Source: a virus
Taxonomy: Duplodnaviria; Caudoviricetes
Virus record (IMG/VR): IMGVR_UViG_3300048016_000081
Location: 1 to 54,984 of that record
Direction: 5' to 3' (one strand)
Length of the DNA: 54,984 nucleotides
A program made the position numbers and the translations under genes. How positions within the stretch are numbered: the stretch's first letter is position 1; each line of letters opens with the position of its first letter. The notes under the pieces are model-generated. The model made no database searches. It was given only the letters and a program-made list of their open reading frames with translations, and was not told where the DNA came from. Positions 1 through 10,018 of this stretch are shown here, piece by piece.

Positions 1-127
1 GATGTATCGGCGGAAAAAATTGTGATTGAGTTAGTCATGAAAATACTCCAGTTAAGTTGCTTGATTGTGTGCACTCAGAATCAAATACACACAAAGAAGC
101 CGCTTGCTCATAACAAGCGAACTTGAG
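1..127. repeat. Terminal direct repeat (copy 1), probably assembly overlap of a circular contig
   Basis: 1-127 is identical to 54858-54984; 127 is a common maximum assembler k-mer, and a gene reads through the junction. Confidence 0.95.
93..120 (-). terminator. Hairpin with weak U-rich tail at the 3' side of the ncRNA candidate
   Basis: Minus strand CGCTTGTT-ATG-AGCAAGCG then GCTTCTTT. Confidence 0.4.
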
Positions 128-541
128 ACGGATTTTGCTGTTCTTGGTATCCGTGTGGTTGACCTCATCGCCCGTTTTACAGTCGGCGCTACTGACACTA
201 GGCATTACTCCCCTAGTGATTTAACGTGGTGGGACTCTTACCCCTCTACACGTTTCGCAGTGCCGTACAGATACCCATAGTGCTGTATCTTGGCTTTGCC
301 GTGTCACTAGGACGCGGATGCTTACCAGATGGGCATAGATAATCCCCCCATCAAGTCACTGTGTAATGGATGCTAACCCCCCACATAGTGCTGTTCACGA
401 ACGTAGATTTTTAATGAATTACCGCCTGAGCAAACTATGCTTTCCATGCGCTACCTACTCTGAGCCACAAAGGGCTGAATCGTACGGCGCGTTACTCACA
501 CAATGAACTGTTATCAGCGGGTAAAACTGCGATCAGTCTCA
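124..541 (-). ncRNA. Candidate large structured non-coding RNA or structured early leader, family unknown
   Basis: Nested long-range helices 124-129/536-541, 255-261/526-532 and 262-268/482-488, plus about 9 local hairpins; G-U pairs and A-rich loops favour the minus strand; no credible ORF. Confidence 0.6.
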
Positions 542-870
542 CTATTTGGTGGGGCGGTAGGTTTGCACCATATCGACCCCTTCCACTACTAGGTGGCACG
601 GTAGGTTCGGGCGGTAGGGGTAGGGGGAGGGCCACGTGCCAGAGACCCCCCGGCCTATATTTACATATGCCACACACAACAAAGGTCATTTTTTGACTAT
701 ATACACACAATCGCCACACGTTGTAAACTTATTCCGCCCCATTGAATACTTAACCCACCCTATACTCCAAACCGTGCAGCTGTCAAACCGGCGTAATGGG
801 GATGGAGAACTTGGTTATTTTCCGGTTTTCATGCCAAGGCCAACGAAACGGCAGGCGAGCTTCTTACCCA

Positions 871-899
871 TTGCTGTACATTTCAAATGTGTGTACCAT
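871..899 (+). promoter_or_regulatory. Sigma70-type promoter for the packaging/structural arm
   Basis: TTGCTG-17 nt-TACCAT, then AGGAG RBS and ATG at 931; the -10 lies inside the palindrome GTGTGTA-cca-TACACAC. Confidence 0.55.
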
Positions 900-930
900 A
901 CACACGTCATCAACCAACTAGGAGTTTTAT

Positions 931-1077
931 ATGGCCAGCAAAATGCCCGCAGCCCTCATGGCTAAGTTCAAAGGCAAGGAAACCAAGAAGGAAGAGAAAG
1001 CTGAGAAGAAGATGCCTCCAGCTATGTACAAAAAAGGCGAGATGAAAGAAGCCGCCAAAACAGCAAAGAAAAAATAA
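931..1077 (+). CDS. Small Lys-rich protein (48 aa), not in ORF track
   Basis: AGGAG RBS; MASKMPAALMAKFKGKETKKEEKAEKKMPPAMYKKGEMKEAAKTAKKK. Confidence 0.75.
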   Translation: MASKMPAALMAKFKGKETKKEEKAEKKMPPAMYKKGEMKEAAKTAKKK

Positions 1078-1078
1078 T

Positions 1079-1354
1079 ATGACTACCCTCAAGCTAGAGC
1101 TCACCATTCAAGAAATCGACATGGCCTTCGTTCTGTTTCAAGCTGCCCGTCAGGCGCAGTACACATACGACGAAGTCAACACGCTGATGCGCAAAATCCA
1201 AGAGCAGGGCAAACCCCAGTTGGAAGCATTGGCTGTCAAAGCGGAAACTCCGCCCCCAGCTCCGAAGGTGCGTAAGCCACGTGAACCCAAAGCAGTCCCA
1301 GTGGTAGCAGTGGACCCAGCTCTGCCAGACCTCAGTGACTTGAAGCTCGACTAA
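1079..1354 (+). CDS. Hypothetical protein
   Basis: Tightly packed in operon, TAATG coupling to next gene. Confidence 0.7.
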   Translation: MTTLKLELTIQEIDMAFVLFQAARQAQYTYDEVNTLMRKIQEQGKPQLEALAVKAETPPPAPKVRKPREPKAVPVVAVDPALPDLSDLKLD

Positions 1355-1485
1355 TGAAACGCTACAACTTCTTCCTCCCCGAACAGGTTGTGGCTGCTCT
1401 ACGCGCAGAAGCAGAGCGCACTGGGCTGACCATGTCTGAACTGATTCGACGCATCTTGACCGACGGGTTGAAGAAGTATGAGTAA
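1354..1485 (+). CDS. Ribbon-helix-helix (CopG/Arc-like) DNA-binding protein (43 aa), not in ORF track
   Basis: MKRYNFFLPEQVVAALRAEAERTGLTMSELIRRILTDGLKKYE: beta strand, helix, GxxxSELIR helix. Confidence 0.85.
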   Translation: MKRYNFFLPEQVVAALRAEAERTGLTMSELIRRILTDGLKKYE

Positions 1486-1969
1486 CGACTTAGACCACTT
1501 CGCGGACTTCACCGAGTTCGCGCTCTCACCTCAATCCAGCGAACCTCATGTCACCCTAGACATCCCGCCCCAGTTGGTGTGGGAGTGCGCTGCGGGGCTG
1601 GAGAATCCGACCGACGTAGCAGCTCGCTTTGGTTTCGCTGGTGAGAAGTGGGAGCGCTTACAACAGTGGCCGCCGTTCATACACGCGGTTCAGAACCAAC
1701 GCGCTGAGTTTGAGCGCAATGGCATGACGTTCCGGCTCAAGGCCGGTCTGATGGCTGAAGAGATGATGAGCCAGATGTTCAAGCAGGCCATCGCCAACGA
1801 CACGTCAATCATGCAGAAGCTGAGTGTGTTCAACTCACTCGTGGATGTTGCTGGCTTGAAGCCTGACAAGAAGGCCGTGGACACAAACGTGCAGGCCGCA
1901 CCGAAGTTCAGTATCACGATCAACATTCCGCAGGCACAAGGCCCAGCTCCAATCACAATCGACGCATGA
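1478..1969 (+). CDS. terS: Probable terminase small subunit
   Basis: N-terminal HTH-like segment, helical core, C-terminal FSITINI strand; upstream of TerL. Confidence 0.65.
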   Translation: MSNDLDHFADFTEFALSPQSSEPHVTLDIPPQLVWECAAGLENPTDVAARFGFAGEKWERLQQWPPFIHAVQNQRAEFERNGMTFRLKAGLMAEEMMSQMFKQAIANDTSIMQKLSVFNSLVDVAGLKPDKKAVDTNVQAAPKFSITINIPQAQGPAPITIDA

Positions 1970-2124
1970 ACTACAACGGCAATCTTACTCAGGGGCTGGT
2001 TGACGAGCTACTGGCAGTCATCCATAAATACGACGAGACGCTATTGCTCCCTACTGCACTTGGCTGTCTTGAGTTAGTTAAACAGCAGCTTATCCAAGAC
2101 CACATGGGCGACATAGATGGCTAA
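1966..2124 (+). CDS. Hypothetical protein (52 aa), not in ORF track
   Basis: ATGA coupling to terS; MNYNGNLTQGLVDELLAVIHKYDETLLLPTALGCLELVKQQLIQDHMGDIDG. Confidence 0.7.
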   Translation: MNYNGNLTQGLVDELLAVIHKYDETLLLPTALGCLELVKQQLIQDHMGDIDG

Positions 2125-2752
2125 AATAGGGTATAATACCCCTATGGAAGAAACTCTAAACTCCGGCGTGTACCTAATTCGCAATGTCTACACCAAAGAC
2201 GCGTATGTTGGGTCTGCGCACGACTTCACTAAACGCTGGCGGCTGCATCGAATCAACCTTGACGCTAGGCGGCACCACTCTCGGATACTGCAAAATGCAT
2301 GGAACAAGTATGGCGCTGATGCTTTTGAGTGGGTTGTTCTAGCGCGCTGTCCAAAGAACGCCGTGCTCGCGGCTGAGCAGGTTTGGTTAGACCAGCTTAC
2401 TGCTAAATACAACGTGTGCCGGGTAGCGGGGTCTCGTGCAGGGACTAAAAATACCGATGCTCAGAATGCTAGGATTTCGGAAAAAGCGAAAGCTCGTTGG
2501 GCAGACCCCGCGTTCAAAGCCAAGATTTCCTTAGCGGCAAAACAAAACGCCGTGCGTGGGGCACGTATTCAGCTCCATGGGACGGAGAGAATGATTACTT
2601 TTTTGGGTGAGACCAAGACCTTGTCCGCATGGAGCGTCAGCACAGGTGTGAAGCGAGAGACTATTGCGTATCGACTTAATGCAGGGCATCCTGTTGAAAT
2701 TGCATTGAGCACATCCAAACTACCCAAAGGGCCAAAGAAATGTCCGCAGTAA
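2117..2752 (+). CDS. Free-standing GIY-YIG homing endonuclease (start may be ATG 2144)
   Basis: GVYLIRN...YVGSA...RWRLH...LQNAWNKYG...E...YN catalytic domain followed by NUMOD/HTH-like DNA-binding region. Confidence 0.9.
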   Translation: MAKIGYNTPMEETLNSGVYLIRNVYTKDAYVGSAHDFTKRWRLHRINLDARRHHSRILQNAWNKYGADAFEWVVLARCPKNAVLAAEQVWLDQLTAKYNVCRVAGSRAGTKNTDAQNARISEKAKARWADPAFKAKISLAAKQNAVRGARIQLHGTERMITFLGETKTLSAWSVSTGVKRETIAYRLNAGHPVEIALSTSKLPKGPKKCPQ

Positions 2753-4185
2753 ATTACACCCCCGTACCCTCAGTGGTGCCGTATCTTTTGTCTGACAAGT
2801 TTCAGTCCTTTATCGTTGGTCCTGTAGGTTCCACGAAGACTACAGCTAGCCTTATGAAAATACCCATGGAGGCCAAAAAGATGGCTCCATGTGCTGATGG
2901 AATCCGTCGTAGCCGATGTGCTGTTGTGCGAAACACGCGTCAGATGTTGCTTGACTCAACCATCAAAGACTTCTTAAATCTGTTCCCAGAAGGGGACGCA
3001 GGCGATTACCACCGCACAGAACTTCGGTTTACGTTGAAGTTTGATGATGTTGAGTGTGATATCTTGTTTCGCGGACTTGACGACGCCAATGACGTACGTC
3101 GTTTGCTTTCATTGCAGCTTTCTTTTGCTATGGTGGACGAGGTTCGTGAGATTAATCCAGACGTGTACGATGCGCTGACGGGTCGACTCGGGCGATACCC
3201 AAACGGCATGCTAGTGCCGCACCGCCCTGAGTGGGGGGTGGATGAAAAAGGCAACCCCATTCAAGGGTGCGTAGATGATGACGGTAACCAGATGAAGAAG
3301 GTCTGGGGGGCAACTAACCCCGCTGACGCTGATTCGTTTTGGGAAAAACATTTGTCCGACTACGACGAAGAAAAAGTTCATGTGACAATCCAGCCGTCTG
3401 GGTTGAGCCAAGAAGCAGACTGGGTACAACATCTACCATCCAATTACTATGAAGACTTGATTGTTGGTAAGTCTGAAGACTGGATTGACGTGTATATCCA
3501 CGGCCACTGGGGGCGTTCTCTCTCGGGCCAGCCAGTATTTAAGGCGTTTGACCGAAGCATCCATGTCTCCAAGCAACCACTAAATCACATCAAACTCCAG
3601 ACCCACCCACTCATAATTGGGCACGACTTTGGGCTTACGCCGTCTTGCACGATTAGCCAAGTCGATGCTCAGGGTAGGCTGCTCACTTTTGCAGACCTGA
3701 CGTCAGATGGTATGGGGGAGGTGCGTTTTATTCGGGAAAAGCTAAAACCCTTGCTAGCTAACCGGTTCCCGGGCATGAACGTCATTGTTATCGGTGACCC
3801 TGCTGGCACGCAGCGGGCTCAGACTGATGAGCGCTCGGTATTCGACATTCTCAAACAAGAGGGGTTCCGAGTCATCCCAGCCAAGACAAACAGTATTGTT
3901 TCTCGGGTCAACGCAGTGGATAAATTCCTTACCCGGACGGTGGACGGTAAACCCGGGCATTTGATCGACCCGAGCTGTACAAATTTAATTGCTGCACTTC
4001 GGGGCGGATATAGGTATAAAATCCGCAAGAACGGCGAAACAGATGACACACCTGAAAAAAATTCGCACTCCCACATTGCAGATGCCCATCAGTACGCGTG
4101 TCTGCACGCAGATGGAAACGTCACAGGCGATGTTTGGGCTCGTAAGGCAGTAGCGGTACAGAAATCCAACTATGTATGGACCTGA
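2740..4185 (+). CDS. terL: Terminase large subunit
   Basis: Walker A-like GPVGSTKT, VVRNT, Walker B AMVDE, GATNP coupling motif, RNase H-like GHDFG...GDPAG...SHIADA. Confidence 0.93.
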   Translation: MSAVNYTPVPSVVPYLLSDKFQSFIVGPVGSTKTTASLMKIPMEAKKMAPCADGIRRSRCAVVRNTRQMLLDSTIKDFLNLFPEGDAGDYHRTELRFTLKFDDVECDILFRGLDDANDVRRLLSLQLSFAMVDEVREINPDVYDALTGRLGRYPNGMLVPHRPEWGVDEKGNPIQGCVDDDGNQMKKVWGATNPADADSFWEKHLSDYDEEKVHVTIQPSGLSQEADWVQHLPSNYYEDLIVGKSEDWIDVYIHGHWGRSLSGQPVFKAFDRSIHVSKQPLNHIKLQTHPLIIGHDFGLTPSCTISQVDAQGRLLTFADLTSDGMGEVRFIREKLKPLLANRFPGMNVIVIGDPAGTQRAQTDERSVFDILKQEGFRVIPAKTNSIVSRVNAVDKFLTRTVDGKPGHLIDPSCTNLIAALRGGYRYKIRKNGETDDTPEKNSHSHIADAHQYACLHADGNVTGDVWARKAVAVQKSNYVWT

Positions 4186-4233
4186 TACTGAAACTGTGCC
4201 ATAGTATTCCCATTCGCACAAAGTGACGCACAT

Positions 4234-6380
<2,147 letters not shown>

Positions 6381-6384
<4 letters not shown>

Positions 6385-6408
6385 CAACGCTAAAATGTTG
6401 TACATAAT
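6381..6408 (+). promoter_or_regulatory. Sigma70-type promoter upstream of head genes
   Basis: TTGACA-16 nt-CATAAT, then GGAG RBS and ATG 6434. Confidence 0.65.
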
Positions 6409-6433
6409 CGTATTAACCTAACGGAGTAATCCC

Positions 6434-6625
6434 ATGCAAGCAATCAACCCAATGGAAAAGCGCGGCGCTGAGTACAAGCAAGAATCAGCCAAGACCGACG
6501 GCATGTCTAAAGGCCCAGCCTCTCAAGGCAACGGCGGCTCCGACGGCGGCATCTTCGCTACCCTGAAGCGCGGCGGCAAAGAAGTGGCCCAAGAGTCTGC
6601 GAAGACTGACGGCATGTGTAAATAA
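6434..6625 (+). CDS. Small protein with internal repeat
   Basis: GGAG RBS; QESAKTDGM occurs twice. Confidence 0.75.
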   Translation: MQAINPMEKRGAEYKQESAKTDGMSKGPASQGNGGSDGGIFATLKRGGKEVAQESAKTDGMCK

Positions 6626-6627
6626 AA

Positions 6628-6858
6628 ATGGTGCGAGTTGACGAGCGTGTAGCTCGTTGCCTTACACTACTGAAAACGCAAGAGTTCCAACCACTGGTAG
6701 AATTCATGCAAAAGCAGCACGCAGACACGCTAATGCGCCTGTGTGAAGCAAGAGATAAAGATGAAATGCTCCGACTGCAAGGTCGGGCGTTGCAGGTCAA
6801 GGATTTCCTTGACCTTGTCGATGAAGGTAGCACTTTGTTGACTAAAACCCGTAGATGA
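6628..6858 (+). CDS. Small helical head-module protein
   Basis: Portal-scaffold position; RLQGRA motif like small proteins at this position in podoviruses. Confidence 0.7.
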   Translation: MVRVDERVARCLTLLKTQEFQPLVEFMQKQHADTLMRLCEARDKDEMLRLQGRALQVKDFLDLVDEGSTLLTKTRR

Positions 6859-6859
6859 A

Positions 6860-6969
6860 GAGCTTACCCGCAAGGGCGCTTGGAATCAAAAATTAACCGT
6901 AGTAGCTGACCGTAAGCGTGAGTGGGCACACCGTAACTGGAGCCCTCCAGCGTAGTCGGAGCGAAGGAG
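6860..6969 (+). promoter_or_regulatory. Structured leader upstream of the scaffold gene
   Basis: CCC-GCAA-GGG GNRA hairpin; CTGAC/GTCGG enclosing GGGC/GCCC, ending next to AAGGAG. Confidence 0.45.
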
Positions 6970-6975
6970 ATAGAG

Positions 6976-7938
6976 ATGTCATTGCCTCGTGCTGTTCAAC
7001 AGCAAGTTGAAGAAGCTGACGCGCTTGTCGCGAACATGAATGGAACCCAACCCGTTAACCCGGAAACTGGCGAACCGATCATTACAGACCCTCAACCTAA
7101 TCCTGAACCACAACCGCAGAATGTCTCGCCAGAGCCAGAAGCGAAGCCAGCGGTGTCCGAAGAAACGTGGGAACAGAAGTACCACACTCTGAAGGGCAAG
7201 TTTGACGCTGAGGTGCCTCGTCTATATGCACAAGTTCGAGAGATGAATGGTCAACTGACCAGCCTGACCTCTGAGCTAGCTGTAGCCAAAGCAACTCAAG
7301 CCCAACCTGTACCGGCCTCGACTCCGTCTCTAATCACTGAACAAGACAAAGAAGCATTTGGCTCCGACTTGATCGACTTGATTGAGCGAGCAACTGAAGC
7401 AAAGATGGCGGGCAGCCGCAGTCTTGAAGCCCAGTTGACCGCGGAGATCGCCGAACTGAAGGGCAAGCTAGGTAATGTGACTGAGCGCCAAGTAGTGTCT
7501 GATAAGGACCGCTACGAAAGCTCTCTGACAACCGCAGTACCAGATTGGCAAGCCCTGAATGTGGACCAAGGTTTCTTGAATTGGTTAGCGGAAGTGGACC
7601 CCGTTTACGGTATGCCCCGCCAATACGCGCTCACAAACGCGTACGAAGCACTGGATGCAGCCCGTACCGCCACGATCTTTAACCAGTACAAGAAGTCTGT
7701 AACGCCACCAGCGCAACAGTCGAACAACCGTGCCGATCTTCAGCGTCAAGTAGCACCGACCCGCTCGCGTACGTCGCCAGCTCCTACAAATCCAAACGTG
7801 GACAAGCGTGTTTATACCCAACAGGATATTGACTCGTTCTACTCGGAATGGAGACGTGGGTTCATCGACGAGGCAGAAGCGGTGCAGATTGAAAAAGATA
7901 TCCATGCCGCCACCGTCGAAGGACGCATTCGCTACTAA
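6976..7938 (+). CDS. Capsid scaffolding protein
   Basis: Pro/Glu-rich N-terminus, WEQKYHTLKGKF coiled coil, C-terminal EGRI; directly before capsid. Confidence 0.8.
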   Translation: MSLPRAVQQQVEEADALVANMNGTQPVNPETGEPIITDPQPNPEPQPQNVSPEPEAKPAVSEETWEQKYHTLKGKFDAEVPRLYAQVREMNGQLTSLTSELAVAKATQAQPVPASTPSLITEQDKEAFGSDLIDLIERATEAKMAGSRSLEAQLTAEIAELKGKLGNVTERQVVSDKDRYESSLTTAVPDWQALNVDQGFLNWLAEVDPVYGMPRQYALTNAYEALDAARTATIFNQYKKSVTPPAQQSNNRADLQRQVAPTRSRTSPAPTNPNVDKRVYTQQDIDSFYSEWRRGFIDEAEAVQIEKDIHAATVEGRIRY

Positions 7939-7998
7939 GCAAGCAACCTAGACATGGCGGTTCAAACCAAACCGTTTTTTAACTGAAAGAGGACCTCC

Positions 7999-9021
7999 AT
8001 GTCTACAATCACCGCAGCAGCAGCCTATCCCATTAACTCTGGTGGTTTCAACACCCCCGGCGGCCAAGTAGCGTACTCCGGTACTGCTTACTCTGGCTCG
8101 TTCATTCCAGCCCTCTGGTCTGGCAAGTTGGCCCAGAAGTTCTACGCAGCCACCGTGTTCGGCGAAATCGCTAACACTGACTGGCAAGGCGACATCACTG
8201 GTATGGGTGACACTGTCATCATCAACACCATCCCTTCGATCACAATCAACAGCTACTCTGTTGGCCAAAACTTGGCTTACGAAGTTCCAGCTCCAAGCAC
8301 AATCACTTTGGTGATCAACAAGGGTAAGTACTTTGGTGTGAACGTGAACAACGTGTTGGAATTGCAAGCCAAGCCAAAGTTGATGGACATGTTCACCAAC
8401 GACGCCGCTATGCAAATGAAGATCAACATCGACAAAGACGTCATGTACACGAACTTCAACCAAGGCGACGCAGCTAACCAAGGTGCCACTGCTGGTGCTA
8501 TCTCTGGTGGCTACAACCTCGGTACCGATCTGGCTGCCGTGACTTTGACTGCTTCTAACATCTTGTCTAGCATCACTGCTTTGTCAAGCGTGTTGGATGA
8601 AGCCAACGTGCCCGAGACAGACCGCTGGCTCATCATCACCCCAACAGAGCGTCAAATCTTGATGCAATCGAACTTGGCTCAAGCCCAGTTCATGGGTGAC
8701 GCGTCTAGCGTTCTGCGCAACGGCAAGATCGGCATGATCGATCGCTTCACTGTGTACGTGTCCAACTTGGTCCCACGTGGTGCAGCTGGTAAGACTTGGA
8801 TGAACCCCAACACTGGTACTGACGCTACATTGACATCCGCTGTCAAGCGCCACGCCATCTTGGCCGGCCACAAGTCTGCGATCACTTTCGCATCTCAGAT
8901 CGCTAAGGTCGAGAGCTTGCAGAACCCCAACGACTTCGGTACATTGGTGCGCGGCTTGAACGTGTACGGTACTCAAGTGGCTCAAGCTAAAGGCTTGGCA
9001 CTGTTGGTCGCCGCAGGTTAA
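7999..9021 (+). CDS. Major capsid protein (HK97 fold)
   Basis: FIPALWSGKL, GDTVII, LDEANVPETDRW, GKIGMIDRF, VRGLNVYG; strongly biased codons; followed by terminator. Confidence 0.92.
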   Translation: MSTITAAAAYPINSGGFNTPGGQVAYSGTAYSGSFIPALWSGKLAQKFYAATVFGEIANTDWQGDITGMGDTVIINTIPSITINSYSVGQNLAYEVPAPSTITLVINKGKYFGVNVNNVLELQAKPKLMDMFTNDAAMQMKINIDKDVMYTNFNQGDAANQGATAGAISGGYNLGTDLAAVTLTASNILSSITALSSVLDEANVPETDRWLIITPTERQILMQSNLAQAQFMGDASSVLRNGKIGMIDRFTVYVSNLVPRGAAGKTWMNPNTGTDATLTSAVKRHAILAGHKSAITFASQIAKVESLQNPNDFGTLVRGLNVYGTQVAQAKGLALLVAAG

Positions 9022-9038
9022 TCGCTTCCCCAAGCGTC

Positions 9039-9063
9039 GTAGGGGCTTCGGCCCCTACTTTTT
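9039..9063 (+). terminator. Rho-independent terminator after capsid gene
   Basis: GTAGGGGC-TTCG-GCCCCTAC-TTTTT. Confidence 0.92.
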
Positions 9064-9081
9064 AACCTTTAGGAGAACGAC

Positions 9082-9324
9082 ATGGCGATTATTGACGACT
9101 TGATTTCCAGCGGTTTATCTCTGCCCCAAGCACAGCAAGTGATTCTTGAAGACACTACAAACGCTGTCGACGGCTTGGTAGCAGCTGGTTTTTCACCTAC
9201 CGCAGCAGCAGCTATGGCAGGATTGGATGCAGGCACCTCAAACGGCGCTGAACTGGTCCGGCAAGGTATCTGGGCTGGTACCCAAGTTCCCGCAATCACA
9301 GCTGCACTCGCAGTAACACCGTAA
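9082..9324 (+). CDS. Small protein with three LxxxG repeats, possible virion accessory
   Basis: AGGAG RBS; LISSGLS / LVAAGFS / LVRQGIW. Confidence 0.7.
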   Translation: MAIIDDLISSGLSLPQAQQVILEDTTNAVDGLVAAGFSPTAAAAMAGLDAGTSNGAELVRQGIWAGTQVPAITAALAVTP

Positions 9325-9331
9325 GGCGAAC

Positions 9332-10018
9332 ATGGGCACGGTAACAGCAAAAACCATCATCGACAAAGCTTCGATTCAGCTGATCGACTTGACCAACATC
9401 CGTTGGACGCGAGCCGAACTGCTTTCATGGCTCAATGACGGTATGCGCCAAATCGTGACCATTCAGCCAAGCGCTTCCTCCACCACAGTGTCAAAGCTGT
9501 TGGTGGCCGGAACCCGCCAAACCCTTCCTGCTGATGGATGGCTGTTGCTGTCTGTTTATCGCAACATGGGCACAAATGGCTCTACTCCCGGACGGGCTAT
9601 CCGCATTATCTCGCGTGAGATTCTTGACAGCTTTAACCCCGACTGGAACACAGACGCAGCTAAGGCTGAAGTCCGTAACTACATTTATACAGACCAAGAC
9701 CAGACGGCGTTCTACATTTACCCGCCAAACACAGGCACCCAATACATTGAGTTGAACTACTCGGCACAGATTACTGATCTGACTGCGGAGACTCAGCCAA
9801 TTCCAATTTTTGACATCTTCCAGTCTTCACTGGTTGATTACATTCTGTATCGCGCCTGTAGCAAGGACGCTGAGTACGCTCCCGGTCTGCAACTGGCTCA
9901 GGGCTATTTGGCTACGTTCGTGGCTGCTATCCAAGGTAAGAACGCATCTGAGGTTACCAGTAACCCGACGCAGTCCCTTGGCCCCCGTAACCCACCAGTC
10001 CGAGGTAGCGCACAATGA
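9332..10018 (+). CDS. Head-tail adaptor-like virion protein (DUF6682-like)
   Basis: RWTRAELLSWLNDG, FYIYPP, LVDYILYRA motifs; position after capsid. Confidence 0.7.
   Translation: MGTVTAKTIIDKASIQLIDLTNIRWTRAELLSWLNDGMRQIVTIQPSASSTTVSKLLVAGTRQTLPADGWLLLSVYRNMGTNGSTPGRAIRIISREILDSFNPDWNTDAAKAEVRNYIYTDQDQTAFYIYPPNTGTQYIELNYSAQITDLTAETQPIPIFDIFQSSLVDYILYRACSKDAEYAPGLQLAQGYLATFVAAIQGKNASEVTSNPTQSLGPRNPPVRGSAQ

Noticed and set aside
1-127. End repeat as a biological terminal repeat
   Set aside because: Length equals a common assembler k-mer and it cuts through a gene start; more likely circular overlap
222-540. Hammerhead ribozyme in the ncRNA candidate (minus strand CUGAUCG...GAAAC...GUU)
   Set aside because: Core reads CUGAUCG rather than CUGANGA and no stem I can be formed
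65-965. ORFs 65-280, 492-719 and 636-965 as genes
   Set aside because: No RBS or protein-like features; the region is better explained by RNA structure and promoters
2117-2752. Group I intron around the GIY-YIG or HNH genes
   Set aside because: Flanking genes appear intact and there is no space for intron core elements; both look free-standing
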